Position numbers and translations under genes: made by a program. Under the pieces are notes generated by a model. It saw only the letters and a list, made by a program, of their open reading frames with translations. It had not been told where the DNA came from and did no database searches. From contig CAVPSJ010000017.1 in assembly GCA_963708295.1 (NCBI GenBank), forward strand, positions 448,001-512,000: 64,000 bases of DNA. The letters run 5' to 3'. This DNA comes from an uncultured delta proteobacterium (GTDB lineage: Bacteria; Desulfobacterota; BSN033; UBA1163). This document shows, piece by piece, positions 1 through 8,773 of the stretch (position 1 is its first letter; each line of letters opens with the position of its first letter).

Positions 1-74
1 AGGCGGGGTCAAGGGGCACAATAAGAATAAAACTTCCTTTCCGGGAAGCCCCGCCCCGTGGGCGGGAGCTTCAC
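1..74 (+). mobile_element. IS200/IS605-type right-end hairpin (non-autonomous or truncated by window edge)
   Basis: GAAGC-C-CCCGCCC-CGT-GGGCGGG-A-GCTTC hairpin (45-72) ending in TCAC (71-74); half-hairpin AGGCGGGG-TCAA at 1-12. A subterminal hairpin plus TCAC/TCAA end is typical of HUH IS200/IS605 ends. Confidence 0.55.
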
Positions 75-165
75 AAATGAATAGACAGACGGAAGACTTT
101 GGGGTAATATTTTTTTGAAGTTCGCAAAGGCCAATTCTTTTTTTCAGAAGGGTGGAGGAAAAAAC

Positions 166-1593
166 GTGGCTCAGGAAATAAGACGAAAGACGAAAATTGT
201 CTGTACCATCGGCCCGGCGAGCGATTCGCCCCAGCTCCTGGAAGCCCTGATCCAAGCCGGGATGAATGTGGCACGGCTCAATTTTTCCCATGGAACCCAT
301 GAAGAGCATCTCAGAAAGATCAAGACGATTCGTCAAATCGCTGACCGATTGAGACAGCCGGTGGCTATCCTTCAAGATCTGGGGGGTCCCAAAATTAGGG
401 TGGGCAAGGTAAGAGAGGGCGGGGTGGAATTGAGGCAGGGGGAAGATTTTTTTCTGACCAATCAGGAGAGGATGGGTGACGAGAAAGGGGCCTTTGTAAA
501 CTATGCTCCTCTCCCGGAGGAGGTAAGGCCCGGAGACGCGATTCTCCTTTCAGACGGGACCATCGAGCTTCAGGTGTTGAATAGCGACGGGCAAAAGATT
601 CGGTGTCGTGTCCTGGTCGGAGGTCTGCTTACCTCACACAAGGGAGTCAACTTCCCCACGCGGTCGATTCTTGCTTCGGCATTCACGGAAAAGGATCAAC
701 AAGACCTTCTCTTCGGTATTCAGCACGGCGTGGATTTAATCGGTCTTTCCTACGTGAAAGGGGCTGCCGACATCCGAGGGGTGAAGGGATTCTTGGAAAA
801 GGAGTCGGCCCATATTCCTGTCATTGCGAAGATCGAGCGGAAAGAAGCCCTGGAGCATATTGACGAGATCTTGCAGGCTTCAGACGGAGTGATGGTTGCA
901 CGAGGAGATTTGGGGGTAGAGACTCCTCTTGAAAAAATCCCCAATGTCCAGAAAATGTTGATTCGGAAAGCCAATGATTCAGCAAAACCGGTGATCACGG
1001 CCACGCAGATGCTTCGTTCGATGGTTGACCATACCCAACCTACCCGGGCGGAGGTCACGGATGTCGTCAATGCCATTTATGACGGGACGGATGCCGTGAT
1101 GCTCTCCGAAGAGACGGCCAGCGGCCAGTTTCCTGTCGAAGCTTTTCAAATGATGGCGAAGATCGCCCGGTCGGCAGAAGAGGAATTCCCTCATTCTCTT
1201 TTTTGGGGAAGAGAGACGGATGAAAGGATGAATGTCCAAAGGGCGATGACCTCTGCCGCTTCTTTGCTGGCTGAGCAAGTGGGCGCGAAGGTCATTGTCA
1301 CCCCAACGGAGTCTGGAAGCACCGCACGCTGGGTATCGAAGCCTCGACCTCGTCAACCCATTCTTGCATTGAGCCGGCACAGGTCGACTCTCAGGGAACT
1401 CAATCTCTGCTGGGGAGTCACCCCTGTTCTTGTTCCCGACTGGAAGGATACGGATGAGATGTTGGAGAGGTCGAAGAGGATTCCACAAGAATTGGGGATG
1501 GCGTCAAAAGGAGAGAGGATTGTCATCATCGCTGGAGTTCCCATCAGCCAGCCGGGAACCACGAATCTCATCAAAGTCGAGACTGTGGAGTAA
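166..1593 (+). CDS. pyk: pyruvate kinase
   Basis: RKTKIVCTIGPA, ARLNFSHG, IAKIE, MVARGDLGVE, TATQML, DAVMLSEETA motifs; GTG start at 166 after GGAGG. Confidence 0.97.
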   Translation: MAQEIRRKTKIVCTIGPASDSPQLLEALIQAGMNVARLNFSHGTHEEHLRKIKTIRQIADRLRQPVAILQDLGGPKIRVGKVREGGVELRQGEDFFLTNQERMGDEKGAFVNYAPLPEEVRPGDAILLSDGTIELQVLNSDGQKIRCRVLVGGLLTSHKGVNFPTRSILASAFTEKDQQDLLFGIQHGVDLIGLSYVKGAADIRGVKGFLEKESAHIPVIAKIERKEALEHIDEILQASDGVMVARGDLGVETPLEKIPNVQKMLIRKANDSAKPVITATQMLRSMVDHTQPTRAEVTDVVNAIYDGTDAVMLSEETASGQFPVEAFQMMAKIARSAEEEFPHSLFWGRETDERMNVQRAMTSAASLLAEQVGAKVIVTPTESGSTARWVSKPRPRQPILALSRHRSTLRELNLCWGVTPVLVPDWKDTDEMLERSKRIPQELGMASKGERIVIIAGVPISQPGTTNLIKVETVE

Positions 1594-1701
1594 GTGACCT
1601 GCCTCGAACCGGTCAATGATCCAAGCCTTCTCCTGCCCACCCCCGGTTCTTCCTTGCCCGCCATAGGGGTGGATCCCTGAAGAGGTTTTTTATTGATGTA
1701 G

Positions 1702-1730
1702 AAAAGCCCCGTCCAATGGACGAGGCTTTT
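1702..1730. terminator. bidirectional intrinsic terminator between pyk and tRNA-Asp
   Basis: AAAAGCC-C-CGTCCA-A-TGGACG-A-GGCTTTT stem with A/T tracts on both sides, between convergent genes. Confidence 0.7.
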
Positions 1731-1763
1731 AAAGTGACGGGACAATCTTCCCGAGTCTATTTC

Positions 1764-1840
1764 TGGCGGGAGCGACGGGGCTTGAACCCGCAACCTCCGA
1801 CGTGACAGGCCGGCGCTCTAACCAATTGAACTACGCCCCC
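1764..1840 (-). tRNA. tRNA-Asp(GTC)
   Basis: The reverse complement folds as a 77-nt cloverleaf: acceptor GGGGGCG/CGCTCCC, anticodon arm CCGGC-CT-GTC-AC-GTCGG, T-loop GGTTCAAG, discriminator G and encoded CCA. Confidence 0.97.
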
Positions 1841-2126
1841 AAAACTCAACACGATCACTTGCGTCGCCTTCGGCGACATGAATATAAGAATATCAGAAGA
1901 GAAGAGATAAATCAAGATTGAAGTTTTTCTTGCCGCCCCGGTTTTTCCTTGCCCGCCACGAAGTAAGTCCCCTCCGAGGCTTCATCAGGGGAACGTTGAG
2001 GTAAACGGGATCAAAGCCCTCAATGACATTCACCCCACTCTCCCTCCTTGAGGAGGGCTAATTCTCCCCTAATAACTTGGAGAGTCAGGGTTGATTTGAC
2101 TCCCAAAATCGGATAGATTAGCAGGA

Positions 2127-4274
2127 ATGAATAAAGTTGCTTGCCTTTTTTGTCTCCATAATCATCAGCCTGTGGGAAATTTCCTCCACGTCCTTGAGAA
2201 TGCGTATGAAAAAGCCTATCTTCCTTTCATCGAAGTCCTCAAGAAATATCCGTTCATGAAGATCTCCATTCACTATACCGGAGTCCTCTGGGATTTTTTT
2301 AAAGATCGTCACCCGGAATTCATAGAAACTCTAAAGGAGTTGGTCAGAAAAGGACAGTTAGAGATGATGACGGGGGGGTATTATGAGCCGATTCTCGCGG
2401 TCATCCCCGATGCGGATAAAGTTGGGCAGATCAAAAGGCTGACGCAAAAGATTCAGGAAGAAATAGGAGTCACTCCTCAAGGAATGTGGCTGGCAGAAAG
2501 AGTCTGGGAGCCCCAGCTTCCGAAGTATTTAGTAGAAGCGGGTGTGGAGTATATTAGCATCGATGACTATCACTTTAAGAAATCCGGACTGAGGGAAGAG
2601 GATTTACATGGCTATTATCTCACAGAGGAGGATGGAAAGTATCTAAAGGTTTTCCCGGGGAGCGAGACCCTGCGGTACATCATTCCTTTCCATCCACCGG
2701 AAGAAACTCTGGGATACCTCTCACCGCTTCGAGGGTCCTCTCGCGCAGCTATTTTTGCCGATGATGGCGAGAAATTCGGGATCTGGCCTTACACGTACCA
2801 TTCAGTCTATGAAGAGGGTTGGTTAGAGCGTTTCTTCAAATTGATCGGGGAAAATCTGGATTGGATTGAACCCATGTCCCTCGGAGCCTATGCCGATCGC
2901 GAGAAACCTCTCGGAATAATCTATCTCCCCTGTTCCTCTTATATGGAAATGGATGAGTGGAGTCTCCCCACAGAGGCTATGGTGGAATATGGAAAGGTTG
3001 TTGAGAGATTGAAGGGGGGAACCGAGGGGGAGAAGGTCAGGAGATTTATCAAAGGAGGATTCTGGAGAAACTTCTTCGCCAAATATCCTGAATCGAACGA
3101 TCTGCACAAAAGGGTCCTCCATCTTCGAGAAAAGATAGCAAATGCGAAAAAGAGGCCTGCTTCCAAAGACCAGGACCCCCTTCTTTATCTCCATCAAGCC
3201 CAGTGCAACGATGCCTATTGGCATGGGGTGTTCGGAGGCCTCTACCTTCCTCATCTTCGCCATGCCCTTTATGAAAACTTGATCAAGGGAGAAACTCTCC
3301 ATGATCAACAGATGCATCGGGAAAAAGATTGGATCGACCTGGAGAAGCTGGATTTCAACGGAGATGGGGATGAGGAAGTCATTCTAAAGAGTCCGGAGAT
3401 GGTTCTCCTTTTCAGTAGCCGTGGGGGAAGCCTTTTAGAAATGGATGACCGGTCAAAGGCCTTCAATATCCTTGGGACCCTTACTCGAAGGAAAGAGGGC
3501 TATCATCACAACTTATTGGAATCCCGGGAACAAGCGTCGAGGGATGAAGCACCCACAACCAAAACAAAAACCATCCATGAGATTTTTCATTCGAAGGAGG
3601 AGGGTTTAGATCAATATCTCCATTTCGATGGATATCGAAGGGTTTCCTTCTTGGATCATTTCATCGCGGAGCCGATGCATTTTGAATCCTTTCGAAGATG
3701 CCAATATCAAGAGGAAGGGGATTTTATTCAGGAGCCCTACGAGATCAATGTAGGGGAGAAGGGAAAATGGCAGGGAGTCCTTTTCTCTCGATCGGGGGGC
3801 CTTCGCAAGGATGGGGGAAAAGACCCGATGAGGATAGAAAAAAGCTTTTCCCTTTTGCCTGGTCAAAAAACAGTCCAGGCAGCTTACCGAATTACTTTTG
3901 GAGGGGAGAAGAGAAGAACGAACTTCGGCATCGAATTCAATATTAATCTCTTAGCGGGAGACGCACCGGATCGGTACTACAACATACCGGGACATCCGCT
4001 CGAAGATCGAAGACTGGCAAGCATCGGTGAATTGGGGAATGTTTCAGAGATTCAATTGGTTGACGAATGGGTAGGGATGAAGGCCGTCCTGAAGATGGAC
4101 AGAAACTGTAATCTCTGGCGTTTTCCCATAGAGACCGTTTCGCTCTCGGAGAGCGGATTCGAGAGGATTTTCCAGGGTTCATGCCTGCTCCTTTACTGGC
4201 CGTTGGATTTGGAGCCTGGAGGAGAATTTGGGGTCACTATCGAGTTAGGTACTAGGAATATATCATCCCCCTAA
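2127..4274 (+). CDS. glycoside hydrolase family 57 alpha-amylase/4-alpha-glucanotransferase (DUF1925/DUF1926 C-terminus)
   Basis: HNHQP, WLAERVW (nucleophile Glu), DDGEKFG (acid/base Asp), AQCNDAYWHG GH57 motifs. Confidence 0.92.
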   Translation: MNKVACLFCLHNHQPVGNFLHVLENAYEKAYLPFIEVLKKYPFMKISIHYTGVLWDFFKDRHPEFIETLKELVRKGQLEMMTGGYYEPILAVIPDADKVGQIKRLTQKIQEEIGVTPQGMWLAERVWEPQLPKYLVEAGVEYISIDDYHFKKSGLREEDLHGYYLTEEDGKYLKVFPGSETLRYIIPFHPPEETLGYLSPLRGSSRAAIFADDGEKFGIWPYTYHSVYEEGWLERFFKLIGENLDWIEPMSLGAYADREKPLGIIYLPCSSYMEMDEWSLPTEAMVEYGKVVERLKGGTEGEKVRRFIKGGFWRNFFAKYPESNDLHKRVLHLREKIANAKKRPASKDQDPLLYLHQAQCNDAYWHGVFGGLYLPHLRHALYENLIKGETLHDQQMHREKDWIDLEKLDFNGDGDEEVILKSPEMVLLFSSRGGSLLEMDDRSKAFNILGTLTRRKEGYHHNLLESREQASRDEAPTTKTKTIHEIFHSKEEGLDQYLHFDGYRRVSFLDHFIAEPMHFESFRRCQYQEEGDFIQEPYEINVGEKGKWQGVLFSRSGGLRKDGGKDPMRIEKSFSLLPGQKTVQAAYRITFGGEKRRTNFGIEFNINLLAGDAPDRYYNIPGHPLEDRRLASIGELGNVSEIQLVDEWVGMKAVLKMDRNCNLWRFPIETVSLSESGFERIFQGSCLLLYWPLDLEPGGEFGVTIELGTRNISSP

Positions 4275-4337
4275 ATCCCCCTTTAGAAAAAGGGGAAGAT
4301 ACCTCTTCCCTTTAGCAAAGGGGGGTTGGGAGGGATT
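4265..4337. repeat. pyrimidine/purine-arm hairpin element overlapping the GH57 stop codon
   Basis: ATCCCCCTAAATCCCCCTTT...AAAGGGGGGTTGGGAGGGATT inverted arms; contains TAA 4272-4274. Confidence 0.65.
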
Positions 4338-4355
4338 CTTAAAGGAGGAAATGAT

Positions 4356-4697
4356 ATGGAAAAAAAGGAGAAATCTTTAGAGAAGTTGACCGCTAAGGAG
4401 TTGAGGGAGATGGCTCTCGGATTATCCGGAATCGAGGGCGTCCACGCGATGAAGAAAGAGGAGTTGATTACAGCCATTCGCGCAGCCAAAGGCATCACGG
4501 AGCCGGAGCCGAAGAAAGAGAAAAAGGCATTTGTTAAGAAGGAGAAAGTGGTTCTGACCGTGGCCCAGTTGAAACAGAAGGTGAGGGAACTGAGAGCCAA
4601 GAGAGAGGAACTCACCCAGCAGAAAGATTCAAAGATGGCTGAGATTCTGAGAAGACGGATCAGCCGGCTGAAGAAGAGGACACGGCGAGCGGCCTAA
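4356..4697 (+). CDS. small basic protein with Rho termination factor N-terminal (HeH) domain and K/R-rich C-terminal helix
   Basis: LEKLTAKELREMA...HAMKKEELITAI resembles the Rho_N pattern; AGGAGG RBS; no Rho ATPase domain. Confidence 0.8.
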   Translation: MEKKEKSLEKLTAKELREMALGLSGIEGVHAMKKEELITAIRAAKGITEPEPKKEKKAFVKKEKVVLTVAQLKQKVRELRAKREELTQQKDSKMAEILRRRISRLKKRTRRAA

Positions 4698-4859
4698 CCG
4701 AAAAAATGGAGTGATGGAGTGTTGGAATAATGGAATATTGAGAAGAACCAGGAATAATCTCCGAAACTGCTCGAAATCTATTATTCGATTGTTCCAATAT
4801 CCATTATTGTTTGTTGTTGCCGTTCCATCACTCCAGTACTCCATTCTTCCATTATTCCA
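4698..4859. repeat. 8-nt-periodic (TGGAGTNN/NNACTCCA) fold-back element, copy 1
   Basis: CCGAAAAAA-TGGAGTGA-TGGAGTGT-TGGAATAA-TGGAATAT...CCATCACTCCAGTACTCCATTCTTCCATTATTCCA. Confidence 0.8.
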
Positions 4860-4871
4860 GGGTTGTTGGAT

Positions 4872-5705
4872 ATGCCCAAAGTCTCCGTTATTATCCCCAC
4901 CTACAATCGTCTCCCGATGCTGAAAGAGGCGGTGGATTCAGTCCTGGCTCAAGATTTTGAAGATGTCGAGCTGATCGTTGTCGATGACGGGTCCACCGAT
5001 GGGACGGCAGAGGAAATAAAGCGATACGGAGGAAGAGTCAAGCTGCTTCAACATTCCGTGAACAAAGGGGTGAGCGCTGCCAGAAACAAGGGGATCCTTC
5101 AGTCGAGAGGCAAGTATATCGCCTTTCTGGATTCGGATGATCTTTGGGTGAAGGGAAAACTGAAGATTCAGGTGACATTCCTGGATGACAACCCTCATTA
5201 TCCCCTGTGCTATACCGATGAGATCTGGATTCGAAAGGGGAAGAGAGTTAACCCGATGCTCAAGCATGCGAAATATTCGGGGTGGATCTTTGAAAAGTGC
5301 CTTCCTCTCTGTATCCTCAGCCCCTCTTCCGTCATGATAAAGAGAACACTATTTTCCAAGGTTGGTCTCTTCGATGAAGCCCTTCCGGTGTGCGAGGATT
5401 ATGATTTCTGGCTTAGGATCTCTGCCAGGTTTCCCATCTTCTTTATCAATCGCAAACTCATCATCAAGCGGGGAGGGCATCCTGACCAGCTCTCCCAGAG
5501 ATCGTGGGGAAATGACCGCTACCGGGTGATCGCTCTGGAAAAACTTTTGACGGAACCCTATATTGGATCGGAAGAAAGAGAGATGATTCTTAAGGAGATG
5601 AAGAAAAAATGCTCTGTTCTTTATAAAGGTTTTCTAAAAAGAGGGAACGAGATGGAGGCAAGACGGTATCAGGAAATCATGAACCGATATGGAATAGACA
5701 TATAA
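4872..5705 (+). CDS. glycosyltransferase family 2 (GT-A fold)
   Basis: VSVIIPTYNR, DDGSTD, FLDSDD (DxD), EDYDFWLR motifs. Confidence 0.92.
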   Translation: MPKVSVIIPTYNRLPMLKEAVDSVLAQDFEDVELIVVDDGSTDGTAEEIKRYGGRVKLLQHSVNKGVSAARNKGILQSRGKYIAFLDSDDLWVKGKLKIQVTFLDDNPHYPLCYTDEIWIRKGKRVNPMLKHAKYSGWIFEKCLPLCILSPSSVMIKRTLFSKVGLFDEALPVCEDYDFWLRISARFPIFFINRKLIIKRGGHPDQLSQRSWGNDRYRVIALEKLLTEPYIGSEEREMILKEMKKKCSVLYKGFLKRGNEMEARRYQEIMNRYGIDI

Positions 5706-5712
5706 TCCCTTC

Positions 5713-5857
5713 GAAATGTCAAATGTCAAAGTTCGCACGAAGTGATGAACCGAAGGTGAATCAATTTCAAATGAAGTCCAAAGCTCAAATCTCGAAATTG
5801 CTTCGGATTTGGGATTTGACATTCCTTTGGCATTTGTGTTTTGACAGTTGACATTTC
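5713..5857. repeat. 7-nt-periodic (AAATGTC) fold-back element
   Basis: Left arm GAAATGTCAAATGTCAAA matches the reverse complement of the right arm TTTGACAGTTGACATTTC at 17/18 positions. Confidence 0.8.
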
Positions 5858-5883
5858 TTTTTCGCCTAATGAGATGATTACTT

Positions 5884-6870
5884 ATGAAACCAATTCAAAA
5901 CATACCCCTTCAACAAATTGATTTATCGGATGATACCTTTTCGGTCAATTATTTGCCCGATGTCCAAAAACTTCGATCTTCGATAGAAGAAATGGGATTA
6001 ATCCAGCCTGTGCTTTTGAAGAAGAAGTTGGATGGATACCAGATCGTCTGCGGGTTCAGAAGAATTTCTGTGATGAAGGAACTGGGAAAGTCGGAGATTG
6101 AGTCGAAAGTGTTTGAGGAAGAAGAGAGGGATGAATTCCAGTTTTTTTCTCTCTCCTTGCATGAGAATCTGACGACCCGGGGATTCAATGCCATTGAAAA
6201 GGCCATCGCTCTGGACAAATGGGTTCATCGTTTTCAAATTGATCGCGCCGCGGTCATCAAGACCTTCCTGCCTCTCTTTTCTCTCGAGCCCAATGAAAAG
6301 ATTTTGAACACCTACCTCTCCCTCGCTCGGATGGAGGATGAAATCAAAACGTATGTATTAAAAGAGGAGGTTTCGCGTACCAACATACGAAGACTGTCCA
6401 CTCTGACTCCCGATGATCGAATGGCGGTCCTTTCCCTGATCTCTCCGCTCAAATTGGGTGAGAACCGCTTGAGAGAGGTCCTTACTCTTTTGGAAGAAAT
6501 CTCAAAAAGAAATCAATGTAAAGAAAAGGATATTGTTCAGCGGTCGGAAATACAGGCCGTCCTTTCTCAAAAAGAACTCACCCCCTCTCAGAAAACGGAG
6601 CGTATCAAAAAGGTTTTCACGGACCTCCGCTACCCAAAGTTGAATCAACTGGAGAAAGCGTTTGAGAAAAAAAGAAAAGACTTAAATTTACCTTCCAATA
6701 TCTCGCTTCACCATCCCCCCTTTTTCGAGGGGAAGAGATTGAAGGTCGAATTTCAATTCGAAACGATGGAAGAATACCGGTTCACCGTTTCTTCCCTGTC
6801 GCTCCTTGCTGATAAGAATGAGTTTGGGGAGATGCTTGAGGATAAACACCAAAACACAAGCACCCATTAG
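5884..6870 (+). CDS. ParB/Srx N-terminal domain protein (orphan, no adjacent parA)
   Basis: LRSSIEEMGLIQPV, YQIVCGFRR (GxxR box), HENL motifs of the ParB N-domain; helical C-terminus. Confidence 0.85.
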   Translation: MKPIQNIPLQQIDLSDDTFSVNYLPDVQKLRSSIEEMGLIQPVLLKKKLDGYQIVCGFRRISVMKELGKSEIESKVFEEEERDEFQFFSLSLHENLTTRGFNAIEKAIALDKWVHRFQIDRAAVIKTFLPLFSLEPNEKILNTYLSLARMEDEIKTYVLKEEVSRTNIRRLSTLTPDDRMAVLSLISPLKLGENRLREVLTLLEEISKRNQCKEKDIVQRSEIQAVLSQKELTPSQKTERIKKVFTDLRYPKLNQLEKAFEKKRKDLNLPSNISLHHPPFFEGKRLKVEFQFETMEEYRFTVSSLSLLADKNEFGEMLEDKHQNTSTH

Positions 6871-7018
6871 GATAGAGCATCGTGTCAAAAATAGGTCGAT
6901 AGGGTTGTTAGGCCGTTCCTATGATTAGGTGGGTAGCGCCCCCATTGGATGGAGGCGAATTATGAGAATTCATGAACTTCCGATTTCGATAAACAGCACA
7001 AAGTTTATGGGGGTGACC

Positions 7019-7492
7019 ATGATTGATCGTTTGGCTGTTTTTACCAAGAGCATTGAGGTAAAGAACCCAGGGCCAAAAATACCCACACCTGAGGAGCTGT
7101 CAGGAGAACTAGAATGGAGGTTAGACGGCAGCTTTTCGAGCAGCTTTACGGATCTAGAAGAAGGCACCTACGAAATAGCATTTCACGGGAAGGGATGGAT
7201 AGGGGAAATTCTTGTGCAGAATTTCATCATGTATGGAGTCCTGGAGTTCGACCGTTCTCTTAAGTTCGTCCGTATCAAAGGCTTCCTGTTCAGAAGACAG
7301 ATGGTATCCTTTCTCCTGATAATCTTGGCGTTGGTCGCCCTTCTTTTTGTTTCCGGATTTTCCAATGAGGCAATCGGAATCGTTTTGTTTGTTGCTTTGT
7401 ATTTTCTCGGTATTTATTGGGTTGAGTCTCGGCGTTATTCTAATATCGTAGGGATTGCAGCTCAGCGGTGGGAACAGCGAGGTTCGGCATAG
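7019..7492 (+). CDS. hypothetical membrane protein (2 C-terminal TM helices)
   Basis: ORF with hydrophobic segments FLLIILALVALLFV and IGIVLFVALYFLGIYW; start uncertain (6962/7007/7019). Confidence 0.6.
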   Translation: MIDRLAVFTKSIEVKNPGPKIPTPEELSGELEWRLDGSFSSSFTDLEEGTYEIAFHGKGWIGEILVQNFIMYGVLEFDRSLKFVRIKGFLFRRQMVSFLLIILALVALLFVSGFSNEAIGIVLFVALYFLGIYWVESRRYSNIVGIAAQRWEQRGSA

Positions 7493-7663
7493 AACGATGC
7501 TCTGTTGGGTGGAAACGGGAACGCCAGTTTGTAATGGATCTGGCGACTTACGGTCTCGATCCGAATGGCGACATCTCCGTGACGATCCCCCACTCATTGG
7601 AACCGGAACTTCCCGGCGGTTGAAGTGAAGCGTGGAAGATTTCCCGCAATTTTTCGGAAAGAG

Positions 7664-8773
7664 ATGCTCCTCAATCAGATTGAAAGAATTTATCTCGATG
7701 AAAAGGCTGAAAAAGATTCGGTCTCAGAAACCGTTCTTAAAGCCTTGCCGAATATTCCCGTAGAAACCGTTCAGGATAAGCGGTCTCTCATCAAACATTT
7801 TTCTTCTATGCCCGATTCGATCGGGGTCGGGAAAAAACATCTTCTCATCACTCATTTTTACGGAAGACGGTTGAAGCCCTGCCCAGGGACCTCCAACCAT
7901 ATCTGCTGCGGGTACTATGTCATCAACGCTGTTACCAATTGCCCGATGGACTGCTCTTACTGTGTCCTTCAAGGATATCTGAATAACCCGTTTCTCACCC
8001 TCTATACCAACTGGGATGACCTTCTTGAAGAAATAAATAGCTTCCTTTCGATCGACCGCCATTCCCTCATTCGGTTGGGAACGGGGGAACTCTCCGACAG
8101 CCTGGCCCTGGAATCCATTTTTCCATTCTCGCAGTTCCTCATTCCATTTTTTGCGGAGAGTCATAATGGCATTCTGGAGCTAAAGACGAAATCAGCGAAT
8201 GTCGATCCTGTTCTTAAGATGGACCATCGAGGGAAAACAGTCATCTCCTGGTCGCTCAATTCCCCTAAAACGGTCGAAAGGGAGGAGAGAGGGACTGCTT
8301 CATTGGATGAGAGGATCGCTGCAGCGAGAAAATGCCAGGAGAAGGGTTACCCATTGGGATTTCATTTTGACCCGCTTATCTACTATGAGGGCTGGGAGAA
8401 GGGATATGAGGAAACCATCCATCAACTTTTCAAACAGATCGATCCCAAAAGGGTCGTGTGGATCAGCCTGGGAGGGTTTCGTTACCCGCCTGACCTCAAA
8501 GCCATAGCACAGGAACGTTTTCCAAAAACTGAAGTCTTTCTGGGAGAGTTATTTCCGGGAAGAGATGCCAAGTTCCGATATCTGAGAGAGATTCGAATGG
8601 AGATGTATCAGAAGATGGTAGGATGGTTGAAGGAGGTGGATCCCAATCTTTTTGTTTACCTGTGCATGGAGAGTAAGGAGGTTTGGGACAAAGTTTTTGG
8701 ATGGGCCCCCGAGAACAGTGGTCATTTGAATCGGATGTTTGAAGAGAGGGTGAGGGAGTTTTTAGGAAGATGA
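7664..8773 (+). CDS. splB: spore photoproduct lyase-like radical SAM protein (non-canonical)
   Basis: CPMDCSYC radical SAM motif; SplB-like segments LELKTK, GTASLDERIAAA, GYPLGFHFDP, EGWEKGY. Confidence 0.85.
   Translation: MLLNQIERIYLDEKAEKDSVSETVLKALPNIPVETVQDKRSLIKHFSSMPDSIGVGKKHLLITHFYGRRLKPCPGTSNHICCGYYVINAVTNCPMDCSYCVLQGYLNNPFLTLYTNWDDLLEEINSFLSIDRHSLIRLGTGELSDSLALESIFPFSQFLIPFFAESHNGILELKTKSANVDPVLKMDHRGKTVISWSLNSPKTVEREERGTASLDERIAAARKCQEKGYPLGFHFDPLIYYEGWEKGYEETIHQLFKQIDPKRVVWISLGGFRYPPDLKAIAQERFPKTEVFLGELFPGRDAKFRYLREIRMEMYQKMVGWLKEVDPNLFVYLCMESKEVWDKVFGWAPENSGHLNRMFEERVREFLGR

Larger units (their letters stand above)
1651..1958 (+). repeat. 23-bp direct repeat pair flanking the tRNA gene
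   Basis: CCCCGGTTCTTCCTTGCCCGCCA (1651-1673) and CCCCGGTTTTTCCTTGCCCGCCA (1936-1958), one mismatch. Confidence 0.8.

Noticed and set aside
1764-1840. tRNA as an integration site of a genomic island
   Set aside because: No integrase and no duplicated tRNA 3' end noticed in the window.
1960-2000. CTGATGA on the minus strand as a hammerhead ribozyme core
   Set aside because: No stem II followed by GAAA and no closing stems.
4356-4697. Annotation as transcription termination factor Rho
   Set aside because: Only the N-terminal HeH is present; there is no RNA-binding OB or ATPase domain.
4698-4859. Periodic repeats as a possible CRISPR array
   Set aside because: Units are 7-9 nt with no repeat-spacer alternation, and there are no cas genes.
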